Source: Octopus sinensis (taxonomy: Eukaryota). Taken from it: 64,000 bases of DNA. This document shows positions 38,580 to 51,424 of this stretch, piece by piece (the stretch's first letter is position 1; each line of letters opens with the position of its first letter). The notes under the pieces were generated by a model that was given only the letters and a program-made list of their open reading frames with translations, ran no database searches and was not told the DNA's origin. Where the stretch lies: NCBI RefSeq assembly GCF_006345805.1, contig NC_043004.1, positions 80,290,001 through 80,354,000 on the forward strand, given 5' to 3'. Position numbers and translations under genes: made by a program.

Positions 38580-38940
38580 CGCATGTCCTGTCGAAAAGAC
38601 GCTCGTCCTGACGTCCTGGTTTTGTTATTATTGTTTTTACGTATTTTGTATTCTTATTTGTGCTATCATTATTGTTTTTACTTATTTTTGTATTTTTATT
38701 CGTGTAACATCGTCCGTTTTCCGTCCCTGTGTTGTATACATTCGAGGCTTTCTTCCAATGAATCTAATGCGCTTGGCTTAGATTTCCCTTGGGGGCTGCC
38801 CAGATCGGAGCAATATCAAGATTAATCAGCCGAAATTGCGAAGATGATCCCGTTCTTGACTGATGATTGAGGGCTTCGAATGTCCCGTCCGTGTTTTTTG
38901 TGTCGTCTTCTAATTGTTTCACGTTCTTGTCCCAGTTAGT
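38580..38940 (+). mobile_element. Dispersed repeat, family D
   Basis: Homologous to 50385-50637 and 26480-26725. Confidence 0.65.
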
Positions 38941-38991
38941 ATATTTTTTTACTTTTACACACACACACAACACACACACACACACACACAC

Positions 38992-39061
<70 letters not shown>

Positions 39062-39261
39062 TGTGTGTGTGTGTGTGTGTATTTCCCTTTAAGCGTTATA
39101 CTAAGAACACTCATGTTAAAACTGTCCTCATTTTATTTATCTTTTTTGTTTTTCTTTACATGTGTTTGTATGTGCGTGTGAGTGTTTGTACAAAGCATAC
39201 ACACACGGGGTTGGTTCGTAAAAAATAAATGAAAAATACGGTTTATATATATATATATATC

Positions 39262-39318
<57 letters not shown>

Positions 39319-39680
39319 TACATATATTATATAACATGTGTACGTGTGTGTTAATTATTACAGATATGTGTGTGTGTGTGCGTGCATGCATGTATATAAG
39401 GATATGTTTGCATACCTAGCCTTTATCAGCAAGTCATAAATTAACCAGCGCAAGGAGGTTAATAGTCTTTATATCCTCCAGTGCTGTTAAAATATTCAGT
39501 TAAACTTTAATCTACAAAGGCATGATAAAAATTTCAGATTATTTTAATATATTATATTATAATATAATATGATATAATATAATATATATGTATATATTCA
39601 CTCGTGAATTTCATCACACACAACATGGACCAAATTTCTTCATAAGGAAAAAATATATATATTCAAATAAGTAAAACATA

Positions 39681-39715
39681 ATATCATGAATAGCGATAGC
39701 GAAACCGGTCGATAT
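39681..39715 (+). ncRNA. 35-nt minimal hammerhead ribozyme, A3-U8 variant
   Basis: ATATC-ATGAATA-GC GATA GC-GAAAC-CG-GTC/GATAT; 5-bp helix I, palindromic helix III ACCGGU. Confidence 0.7.
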
Positions 39716-39799
39716 ATTAAAAATTATATCAAAACTATGTAAGTGTGCGTATTTTCCTTTTTTAATTTCTGACATATATATATATATATATATATATAT

Positions 39800-40005
39800 A
39801 CTCTCTTAGTTGTTTCAGTCATTTGAATGTGGCCATGCTGGAGCACCGCCTTTAGTCGAACAAATCGACCCCAAGACTTATTCTTTGTAAGCCTAGTTAT
39901 TATTCTATCGTTCTCTTTTGCCGAACCGCTAAGTTACGGGGACGTAAGCACACCAGCATCGGTTGTCAAGCGATGTTGGGCGGACAAACACAGACACACA
40001 AACAC

Positions 40006-40062
<57 letters not shown>

Positions 40063-40230
40063 TAAAACGGGCTTTTTTCAGTTTCCGTCTACCAAATTCA
40101 CTCACAAGGCATTGGTCGGCCCGAGGCTATAATAGAAGACACTTGCCCAAGGTGTCTTGCCCAAGGTGGGACTGAACCCGGAACCATGCGGTTTGTAAGC
40201 AAGCTACTTACTACACAGCCACTCCTACAC
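39800..40230 (-). mobile_element. SINE family B, full copy
   Basis: Reverse complement of the family B consensus. Confidence 0.9.
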
Positions 40231-40236
40231 CTATAC

Positions 40237-40309
<73 letters not shown>

Positions 40310-40329
40310 TCATATAATAACAACTGTTA

Positions 40330-41150
40330 ATTATTAATACATTTACTAATACTAACATTAATTTAGCTACTACCATCCAACCCTCTAGAAATATTAATAA
40401 CAAGGTTTTTGTATCTGAAGTCAATTAAAATAGAATTAGTTTATGTCAAGTAACTCTAAGATTTAAAATTCTATGTACCAGTGTATAATCAGTACTCATA
40501 ATAAAGTACGATTTTACATTGGAAGCACATCGTTAGGGTTATGTAAAAGAATTTCTATCCATTACTCATTTAGGGATAGAAATAAACGTAATAGTACCGG
40601 TCTCAGCAAACTGATTTGGGATTTAAAAGACCACAATGAACAATTTCATTTAGAATGGTTGAATCTCTCAATTTCGATACCTTATGACAAAGGCAAGGAA
40701 TTCTGTCTTCTCTGCAATTCTGAGCTATTTTTCATTATTTTTTCTAAAAAATACTCTAGTAAACACGGTTATAGAGCGAGCATACAGATGTAAGCATTGG
40801 CAAAACACACATTTAGTGCATATAAGTAGTCTCTATCATTATATATAATTTAAACTTTAATTTCCTTTATATTTAACATTCACTATTGGTAACCCTACTC
40901 TTTCTGTTAGCTACTTATGACGTTATATCATATAACGTTTTTTTTTAAACAATATTAATAGCGTTCTATCAATCGCTATACAAATCCATCATTTTTTGCT
41001 AAAATGTCTTATTGACGAGTTTCGTTTTTTTCACTTTCCCGAAGAGAAGATTGCATTGTTTATACCATTTATTCTTTTGAATAGTATCAGTGGAATTTTC
41101 GAAACATGTGTCGAAAGTAAAAATATTTGATTTACACCTGCGTTAAACTC
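40330..41150 (+). mobile_element. Penelope-like element 3' fragment: GIY-YIG endonuclease plus pLTR
   Basis: MYQC...FYIGST...KRISIHYSF...STGLSKLIWDLK...EW...CLLCNSELFFII (40473-40793), followed by an HHR. Confidence 0.85.
41033..41118 (+). ncRNA. Type-I hammerhead ribozyme in PLE pLTR, U4C variant
   Basis: ACTTTC-CCGAAGA-GAAGA...TTTTC-GAAAC-ATGT-GTC/GAAAGT; 6-bp helix I, self-complementary ACAUGUGU. Confidence 0.75.
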
Positions 41151-41450
41151 CATTTATTTATTCGTATATATATATATATATATATATCAACCCTACTGTT
41201 TAACTGGTATTTATTTTATTGACCCCGAAATGATAAGCGGCAAAGTCAACCTCGGAAGAATTTGAACTTAGAACATGAAGACGGACGAAGTGCCGCTTAC
41301 CATTTCAAGGTAGTAACATTGATTTCCAGATAAGTGATTGGTCATTCAAAGTGATTTATAGATTGCAAATGTATTCTGTTCAGTTACCTATCGGCATAGC
41401 AATCATTGGCAAACTCCAGAGGTGACACTTTCATTTCTCCTTATCCCTCA

Positions 41451-42075
41451 CGTCACACAGTTGCTAATGTCTATTTGAGTTGGGTCACGCCCTTCCAATT
41501 GCTATAGATCCGTAATGCATCTTATTGCTGTACCGGTCACCTGTATGGTGAGGAATCCTACATTGGGGAGTGGTAATGATTAGGAAGGGTTGCTGACTGC
41601 TTATTGTGATCATTCGTCTTTTGGTTTCCTCTAGCTTTGCTCTCTTTTACAAACCCAGTGAACATTCATATATTTCCGATTTCAAAGAAATTTGAACAAT
41701 AAGACACAACTTTAAAAAAATTCTCAACAATTCAACTTCTCTGGTTGACTTTAAGACACGCCCTCTAACAGGGGCCTTAACTCCCACATTTTAGAGGTCC
41801 ATGTGCTTCATGTGCTCCATTTTCCAGGAGCAAAATCCTTTGCATGGGTTTCATAAGATTTGGATTATTGGAATCTGAGCATAAAGATGAGGAGTATGGG
41901 ATAAATATGTCATGATTAGAACTTTTGTTAGAGTGTGTAAAGAGAGAAAGTTTCTTAATTGCCAATTTCGATGAAATTCGAATCACAGGTATTCCAGTTC
42001 ATTACAGAAAATATATAAGAAAAGTCTAATTCTTCAATTCCATGTGATACGGGCAACGCCGGGTATCTCTGCTAG
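41451..42075 (+). mobile_element. Non-autonomous Helitron-like element, single-unit relative of 4238-6012
   Basis: Colinear homology with 4238-4560 and 5870-6012; same hairpin plus CTAG end; 5' boundary uncertain and may extend to ~41310. Confidence 0.8.
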
Positions 42076-42350
42076 TGTATATATATATATGACATGCCTC
42101 TGCACACCTTCAGGCAACATCTCCATTTCTTTTTCAACGAATCTCTACCAAATTTCGTAAAGTGACTCAAATGCAACTCGGAATGATGAATGAATAAGAA
42201 ATTGACTGGTTTGAGAGTAATACCAGGAATGAGTGCAAGCATGTGTAGATTGATTGAAAGTTGTGACGGAGTGACCAGAGATCGAAACCTAAGTCTTCAT
42301 TTTCGCTTCCATTGTTAGTTAATTGTGTGCTTAATAATTATGTGCTTTAA

Positions 42351-42890
42351 GGCGGCGAGCTGGCAGAAACGTTAGCACGCCGGGCGAAATGCGTAGTGTT
42401 ACTTCGTCTGTCTTTACGTTCTGAGTTCAAATTCCGCCGAGGTCGACTTTACCTTTCATCTTTTCGGGGTCGATAAATTGAGTACCAGTTACGCACTGGG
42501 GTCGATATAATCGACTTAATCCGTTTGTCTGTCCTTGTTTGTCCTCTTTGTGTTTAGCCCCTTGTGGGTAGTAAAGAAATAGGTATTTCGTCTGCCGCTA
42601 CGTTCTGAGTTCAAATTCCGCCAAGGTCAACTTTGCCTTTCATCCTTTCGGGGTCGATTAAATAAGTACCAGTTACGCACTGGGGTCGATATAATCGATT
42701 TAATCCGTTTGTCTGTCCTTGTTTGTCCCCTCTGTGTTTACACTCTGAGTTCAAATTCCGCCGAGGTCGACTTTACCTTTCATCTTTTCGGGGTCGGTAA
42801 ATTAAGTACCAGTTGCGTACTGGGGTCGATCCAATTGACTGGACCCCATCCCCAAAATTTCAGGCCTTGTGCTTAGAGTAGAAAAGAATA
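42351..42890 (+). mobile_element. SINE family A multimer
   Basis: Full copy followed by head-less copies, the first joined at aaagaaata|ggtatttcgtc. Confidence 0.85.
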
Positions 42891-44102
42891 TATATGTGCT
42901 TTACCAGTGAAATTAGCCATTATCTTAGACGAAGCTGATGTGACTCTAGATAAGCCCATTAAACATTAATTTCAGCAACAGCTCGGCTTTAACAAAGGTA
43001 TGAATTCATGATATCTGTAAAAAAAAAAGAAAAGAAAAGAAAAAGACAGCAGTTCTTTCTTTGACATTCCTGCAGATTGCTTTTGTCACCTTTAATCAAT
43101 TTCCTTCTGGCAGGTAGATGCTAATCTCGCCGAAACTTAATTTTAAGATACAGACAGTGGAGCACGCAAGCACTTACGAAATTCTTTCGGGCGAGTCTTG
43201 AACACTTTTCCTTCCTCTTTCCACACATTTAGCGGTAGACTGCTATAAGGAATGGACAAAGAATTTTTTGATATAAGCAATCTATCATTCCCAATGCGAA
43301 CTTTTGCTTCTTTTGTTCTTTTTACCAACTCATCGCAGTTGTGAAATTACGTAACAACTGAATACAACCTGCAATAACTATAGTCTATGTTTGATCAATT
43401 CATTTCAATACATCCGGAAATTATCTACTTGTTACACCTATTTGAATCATAAATCGATTCGGATGTAAACCAAATTCCTCCTTTGTCTTTTCGAGTCACT
43501 GCCCAGCGTTACTTTAATCGTTTCTTCCAGTAAAAAACCGTTTGCAATTGTAGACTGTTTACCAAGCATCCTTTACCATTATTTCTTTTTTCTTTCTCAG
43601 TAAAAACGAATTAGTTTCAAAGTGTTTAGTAATATCAACGGAGTATGATAATTCATTATAATAAAAGGAAATTGTTTCTTATCATGCTCGTTACTTCTAC
43701 AAAAACTACATATTTGTATCACAATTTTTTTTCTGCTGTCTTCTCTTCTTTTCGGTTTTTTTCCTGTGAAATGGAATTGCTTACAAGTATTTTGTAATCC
43801 CGGCCATGTAGTCTTCTGTATCAGGATGCAACGTGTTAAAAGATAATTCAGTGTTTCGAATCACGCTTGTTTATTTCAATAAAGGTAAAATGTTTTTTGA
43901 TGCAGATTTTCCTTTAGTTTTTTTTCTTTTGGTTTGTTTCTTGTTTTTCTCTGGTAACCTGTTCTCTTTTTTGATTTTTCCAGTGGAAGGGAATTGTTAC
44001 CAAGAAGTTTATCTAATCCGTATCAAGCAGTTTTCAGTATTACAAACACCGAGAGAGAATATCAAGTGTTGTGAACACGATTTTAGATTTACGTGTAGAT
44101 TT

Positions 44103-44147
44103 GTATTCTGAACATAGTTTCAAGCTTATGCCTTCATCAACACATAC
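44103..44147 (-). ncRNA. Candidate hammerhead motif (U3, GUU site)
   Basis: Minus strand: GUAUGUG-UUGAUGA-AGGC AUAA GCUU-GAAAC-UAU-GUU/CAGAAUAC; helix I interrupted. Confidence 0.4.
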
Positions 44148-44741
44148 CCAATACATACATACATACATTAACAGACTGACAGACGGACAAATAGATTGAC
44201 ACACATACACATGTTTATATATATATATATATATTGTGAGAATTTACAAAAAACAAAAGACAAAGACGGGTGTGTAAACAACAAACAGATGTATTAGTTT
44301 AACGCTCGGAAAGTGCCTACGCTCTTCGACAGAATGGAACACAGAAATAAACAGGGAGAAAAAATTTAAAAAAGGTTTAGTGGCTAGCGATTTGTCATGG
44401 CGAAATATTTCCAAAATGAAGGTTAACATCTTTCTCTATGTGATCGGCTTAAAAAATGTTAAGACAGTAGGATATTTTCTGACTTTTCTTAACATGAAAC
44501 CAATGGTAGCCTTAATTCACAAATAAAAAAGTTATATCCACCGATGCTGTGTTGAGCACTTATTTTCATCGTTCGACATTTACGAGTGTATATATATTTA
44601 TATATATATGTGTGTGTGTGTGTGTGTTGTATTGTTTGTGTGTTGTGTGTGTGTTGTGTTGTGTGTGTGCATGTGTGTGTTGTGTTGTGTGTGTGTGTAC
44701 CTATCTGAAACAATTCAGCTACGTGAATATCGCACTGCTTG

Positions 44742-44785
<44 letters not shown>

Positions 44786-45039
44786 TGTGTGTGTTTACTA
44801 TAGATATCATCCTTATTACGTGTTTGATACTCATTTATGACCCCATCATTGAATTATCAGTTATCAACGTCGTATGTCTCGGTTTGCAACAACTATTCTG
44901 CCAACGACAGCAACTCGTATCATTTGATCTTATCACATCTTTCGCTACATGAATAGCACTTAAAGAGGAACATTCCTTTCCATACTAATAATAATGGTAT
45001 TAAAGTTTGGCACAAAGCTAGCAGGTTTGAGGGAGGGTC

Positions 45040-45762
45040 TAAGTCCCTTAAATTGACCCTACTGTTTAACTGGTAATTTATTTTATCGACCCCGAAACAA
45101 TAGGCGGCAAAGTCGACCTCGGAAGAATTTGAACTCAGAACATGAAGACGGACGAAATACCTATTTCTTTACTACCCACAAGGGGCTAAACACAGAGAGG
45201 ACAAAGAAAGACAGACAAACGGATTAAGTCGATTATATCGACCCCAGTGCGTAACTGATACTTATTTAATCGACCCCGAAAGGATGAAAGGCAAAGTTGA
45301 CCTCGGCGGAATTTGAACTCAGGACGTAGCGGCAGACGAAATACCTATTTCTTTACTACCCACAAGGGGCTAAACACAGAGAGGACAAACAAGGACAGAC
45401 AAACGGATTAAGTCGATTATATCGACCCCAGTGCGTAACTGGTACTTATTTAATCGACCCCGAAAGGATAAAAGGCAAAGTCGACCTCAGCGGAATTTGA
45501 ACTCAGAACGTAGCAGCAGACGAAATACCTATTTCTTTATTACCCACAAGGGGCTAAACATAGAAGGAACAAACAAGGACAGACATAGGTATTAAGTCGA
45601 TTACATCGACCCCAGTGCGAAACTGGTACTTAATTTATCGACCCCGAAAGGATGAAAGGTAAAGTCGACCTCGGCGGAATTTGAACTCACAACGTAATGG
45701 CAGACGAAATACCGCGAAGCATTTCGCCCGACGTGCTAACGATTCTGCCAGCTCGCCGCCTT
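45040..45762 (-). mobile_element. SINE family A tandem multimer (184-bp period)
   Basis: tacctatttcttt junction at 45158, 45342 and 45526; only the terminal unit has the tRNA-like head. Confidence 0.9.
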
Positions 45763-47108
45763 CCTTCGCCTTAATAAGAATGATGGTAATAATAATGACG
45801 TACGTTCTGAGTTCAAATTCCGCCGAGGTCGACTTTGCCTTTCATCCTTTCGGGTTCGATAAATTAAGTACCAGTTGCGTAGTGGAGTCGACCTAATCGA
45901 CTGGCATCCCACTCACTACCCCAAAAAATTTCGGGCCTTGTGCCTAGAGTAGAAAAGAATAATAATGGCTTCAAGACCAACATCTTTAGACGGAGGTTAT
46001 TCATTTTATTCTATGTGTGACTTGTGTATTGTTAGTTTTCTAATATTTTTTAAGATTATTTGTATCAGAAGAGTGTATTTTCTATTGTTTGTTTACTGAA
46101 GTGAATTCCTCTTCCTGCTCCTCTGTAAGGCGATGCCTTGCTGAAATATGAATGAGCAAAATTTCTAGAAGTCATTTATAATCATTTAACTGAAAGAACT
46201 CAGCAATATGTCAATTAATTGATTCTCGTCGTCACCCAGAATTTCCACCAGTACATCATCGCTGTCCTCCACTATTCTCCTCAATAGAAGGATAACGTAG
46301 AAGTTAAACAGAACTTCTTCCCGACTTTTAGAGTATTGTGGGCGCCTGATGATGTTCCGCTCGTCCCGACTTAGTCTTTGTTTGGTACCGGATTGCAGCT
46401 CCATCAAAGAAGCGAACTGCGAGACGCACGAAATAAACCAATCTCGCACCGTCTAGAAAATTTCTTCAAATGCCTCAGCTTCTTTTCCCATGTCTACACA
46501 TCTTCAACCGAAACATAATGACTCCGTGAAGCAGAGGGTGTTATTTGCAGAAGATCACCTGATCAGTAGGAATGTATTCCTTCGACACGAAACGAAACAA
46601 CGGACGCTTAAATCTGATCGAATCAAAAATGAGGCAGGTCGCAAAGGTTGGCTGGTAATAAATTACGTTTACATTCATCTCTCCAGCTGAATTTTCAAGG
46701 AAAGCTTCCTCACTGACTGTTCCAATGCTCCGTATTGGTGGGAGGGGTGCAAACACACACATGTATATAGGATATATATTACATACATATAATATATACT
46801 ATATATGTGTATAATATATATATTTTATCATTTTATTTTTTTTCATTTTATCTAGTTTCAGCTCACGAGCTGTGGCCATGCTGGGGCACCGCTGTTATAT
46901 ATATATATATATTCATTCTTCGTATGAAACAATTGTACTGAACAACTAATCCATTCTTGTTGCTTTTTTCTTGTATATATATATATATATAAATTAATTT
47001 TTGGTGAATTATTTTTCTCGTAAGTGGCTGTTATGATTTCGGCGCGAAACGAATCAGTTGCAGCACAGACTTTGAAACGATAGGCTGGGAGTCTCTAATC
47101 ATAGTAAT

Positions 47109-47161
47109 ATGTGCTGAAGAAGCCAAGGTTATATTTTACCAATGCAGAAACCGGTCTGCGT
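47109..47161 (+). ncRNA. Type-I hammerhead motif
   Basis: ATGTG-CTGAAGA-A GC..GGT..ACC..GC A-GAAAC-CG-GTC/TGCGT; palindromic ACCGGU; helix I rich in wobble pairs. Confidence 0.65.
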
Positions 47162-47448
47162 GAGTCCAAATACTTAAATGTATGTTAGTAGATTGTCTTA
47201 ACCTGATTTTGCCTTCGTTTGATTTCTGTAGTTTTCATCAGTGTATTTTTTGCCGATTTGATAAGAGTTTTGACTGTTATTTCTTGCAGGTAGACATACT
47301 TAGTATTTCCTTTGATTAATTTTAATCCCTCGGCTATTTAATGCTATTTTTTGGCCTGCTATCGCCTGTGTCATTGATTCTGTTATTATCATTTTTAAAA
47401 TAGTTACATTGGCTAATAATAGAATTAATGACACCTTCGTAAATTAAT

Positions 47449-47501
<53 letters not shown>

Positions 47502-47507
47502 AAGATA

Positions 47508-48430
47508 TTGGGTCATCCCATAAATAATGCGGGTTTTTTATATATCTTTTATTTTTTTAAATTTAAGATAAACAAAATTCTTTTTCAATTTAAAATATAC
47601 TATCCCTTTTTTTCTACAATGCTCTTTCTTCTTTTCTGATAGACTTGCAACGCTCCACTTCCAAAATTCGCTTGTCCGTGACGAAAAATATTCTTCCATT
47701 ACTGTTCTGACCTCGTCTACAGAATTCACATTATTTCCGTCCAAATGGTTTTGAAGACTGCGGAATAAATTATAACCAGATGGGATAATGTCTGGCGAAT
47801 ATGGTGGATGGGGCATCGTTTCCCGTTTAAACTGCTCCTGCCTTTGGAATGTCACCCTCGCTGTATGTGGCCGAGCATTATCCTGATAGAAGAACATATT
47901 TCATCTTGAAACCAAACATGGTCGTTTTTTCTGCTAACGCTGACTTGAATGACTGGTTGAATGACTAAATCTAAGATTTCTGCTAGTTCCTCAACAGTTA
48001 GAATGCGTTTTTGTTCCATCAGGGTTTGCAGGACGTCCTCGTGTAGCTCTTCAGATATTCCGGGACGAGGCTCGTCTTCAAGGCTGTAGTTTCCGGCTCG
48101 GAATTTCTGAAACCACCGCTGACACTGGCTTACACTTATTGTCCGATCCCATATACTGCATTAATATTAGTCGCATTTTCCGTTGCGTTGTTGTCTTTAT
48201 TGAACTCGTAAAGAAAAATATGCCGAATATGCTCCTTCGTCACTTCCATTATAGCTATGAAAAAAATAACTGTTAAACTCGAACTGCACTCTTTAAAACT
48301 TGCATTAAGAATAAGGACGAGGCAAAATTACTACTTGTTTTTATAGCAAGTTGATGCAGGGAGTTTGTCCCGTCCCCTCCGACTTTTCATGCATGGAATT
48401 GAAAACGCATTGTTTATAGGATGACATATG
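47508..48430 (-). mobile_element. Mariner transposon with central deletion
   Basis: TIRs gggtcatcccataaataatgcg and cgcattgtttataggatgac; MEVTKEHIRHIFLYEF (ATG at 48249), QRWFQKFRAGNYSLEDEPR, QDNARPH, HPPYSPDI. Confidence 0.92.
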
Positions 48431-48603
48431 GGGTACGGTTGGACAATTATCTATTTACACATGACAGATGCCCAAACGCAAACCTGGAAGTACGTATGAT
48501 ACTACAACTGCATAGCACAGGGTGAAATCTGAAGATGGACAAGGTTTATGTTGTACTCTACTACGTTCTTAATGCAATACAGTATATACAATATAATATG
48601 TGT

Positions 48604-49005
48604 AGAAGTGGCTGTGTGGTAAGTAGCTTGCTTACCAACCACATGGTTCCGGGTTCAGTCCCACTGCGTGGCACCTTGGGCTAGTGTCTTCTACTATAGC
48701 CTCGGGCCGACCAAAGCCTTGTGAATGGATTTGGTAGACGGAAACTGAAAAAAAGCCTGTTGTGTATATGTATATGTATGTGTGCATATATTTGTGTGTC
48801 TGTGTTTGTCCCTCCAACATCGTTTGACAACCGACGCTGGTGTGTTTACGTTCCCGTAACTTAGCGGTTCCGCGAAAGAGACCGATAGAATAAGTACTAG
48901 GCTTACAAAGAATAAGTCCTGGAGTCGATTTGCTCCACTAGTGGTGGTGCTCCAGCATGGCCACAGTCAAATGACTGAAACAAGTAAAAGAGTAAAAGAG
49001 TATAA
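48604..49005 (+). mobile_element. SINE family B, full copy
   Basis: Best-preserved family B copy, with gtaaaaga tail. Confidence 0.9.
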
Positions 49006-49044
49006 CATAACTATACATAGACATATATATGTAAATGAGTGTGC

Positions 49045-49111
<67 letters not shown>

Positions 49112-49588
49112 TCTGCGTTTCCTATAATTTCGGTTAATTGGACTAAGAAGTGAAAATGGAAAAAAAAAACTCAACAGATATTTTTTTTTTTCTTTTGACT
49201 TTTTTTTTGCAGACATTTTCTATCCATTCTTCCATCATCGGCCAATTTATAAATAAATAATCACAGTCGTTCTCTCTCCACTGAAACAATATATCATATA
49301 TACGGAGAAGGAAAGCACGCACATACACACGCATACACACACACACACGTACGTGTGTGCTCGTGTTCGTGTGTGTGTATGTGTAGAAACATAAACGCGC
49401 ATACACAAACAAACGAACACAAATGAACATACTAACACGACAAAGAAAGCCACATATACATGCTCGTATATTTATCTTGTATACACACACGCACACGCAC
49501 ACACACGCACACACACGACACACACATACACACATATTGGATGTATACAAATATCTATGGGCATCTATCTTTCTATCTATCTATCTAT

Positions 49589-49631
<43 letters not shown>

Positions 49632-49647
49632 TATATATATACATACA

Positions 49648-49716
<69 letters not shown>

Positions 49717-49779
49717 CATATATATGTATATGTATATGTATATGTATATAGATATAGATAGATAGAAAGATAGATAGAT

Positions 49780-49844
<65 letters not shown>

Positions 49845-50147
49845 TAGATAGATAGATAGATAGATGATAGATATAGATAGATAGATATGTATGTATATGT
49901 ATATGAATGTATATGTATATGTATATACGTGTATGCATGCATGTTCTTTCCGTGTCTTTGCAGCGATGACAGCTTTCGTAGATTGCGATCCGTTTCTGTA
50001 CAACGAAAGACTTATCCGTCAAGAAGCGTTTCAAATTGTGTTCAACTGCAACGAAACAGTAACGAAAGACACTCGCTGAAAGTCACTGATGACAAACTCA
50101 CTCACTATACACTGTATTCATAGGTCTGCTTTCCATCTTTGCTTCTT

Positions 50148-50198
<51 letters not shown>

Positions 50199-50297
50199 AT
50201 TCTAGCACTCTCTTCCTCCGTCTCCCTTTCTATTTCTCTCTATTTGTGTATGTTTCTGTGTGTGTATATATGTATGTGAGTGTACATATATATATGC

Positions 50298-50359
<62 letters not shown>

Positions 50360-50384
50360 TGTGTGTGTGTGTGTGTATGCATGC

Positions 50385-50637
50385 ATGTGACGTTTTTTCC
50401 GTCCTTGTTTTTGTATACATTCGCTGCTTTCTTCCAAGGAATCTAATGCTCTTGGCTTAGTTTTTCCTTGGGGCTGGCCAAATTGGAGCAATTTCAAGTA
50501 TAATCAGCTGAAATTGCGAGGATAATCTGATACTTGACTGAGGAAGGAAAGCTTTGAATGACCCGTCATGTTTTGTTGTCCCTTTTTTGTACCACCTAAC
50601 TGTCCGGATGTTTTGCGTTCTTGTCCCAGTTTGTATC
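50385..50637 (+). mobile_element. Dispersed repeat, family D
   Basis: Homologous to 38580-38940. Confidence 0.65.
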
Positions 50638-50694
<57 letters not shown>

Positions 50695-50769
50695 TATATA
50701 TATATACATATATTAGTTTCAGGTCAGAGATGTGGCCATGCTGGGGAACCGCCGTTTTGCTACACTCTT

Positions 50770-51190
50770 GCATTAACTGGTCATGAAGCGCGATGGCATT
50801 GTTGGGATATTTGACGCTGTATAGTGGCGACCCGTTCTGGCATTTGTGAAGCTTTCAATGCCAAAATTTGGCACAATTTCTTCTAAGATCTTTCACATGT
50901 TTATTACTGCATACCTCTCCCGTCTTTGCTCCAGGGAGTGGGGTCTTAGCTCTTTCAGCCTTTCCCAGTAGCTGAGCTGTTGCAATGAGGCGATCTTCTT
51001 TGTGAAGCTTCGCTGGATTGCTTCAAGGTCCGCAGTTCATTTTACACTGTTGTGTGACAATAGCTGGGAGCAGTAAATCCAGGCAGCTGAGGACGAATGT
51101 CCTCCAGGAGACCATCATGGTTTCCTCTCTGCTTCTGAACGTTCTCAGGATCTAGCCAGCCAGTCGTCTGCACTTTGTCGCCATCCTGGT
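50770..51190 (-). mobile_element. CR1/L2-type LINE ORF2 C-terminal fragment
   Basis: Minus-strand translation: LDYCSQL...DLEAIQRSFTKKI...SYWERLKEL...SLEQRRERY. Confidence 0.85.
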
Positions 51191-51389
51191 AACACACACA
51201 TATAAATACATATAAACACTAACACATATATTTGAATGTGAGTGTGTGTGCGTGCGTGTGTGTGCATATGCATGTGTCTGTATATATATATACATATATA
51301 TAAATATATAATGCATATATAATGTATGTATGTATATATATATATATATTATATATATATATATATATATAAGATACCCCACAACTCAA

Positions 51390-51424
<35 letters not shown>

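Noticed and set aside
38845-38890. CTGATGA...GAATGTC in family D (also ~50540) as a hammerhead
   Set aside because: GAAT replaces GAAA and there is no helix I or III pairing.
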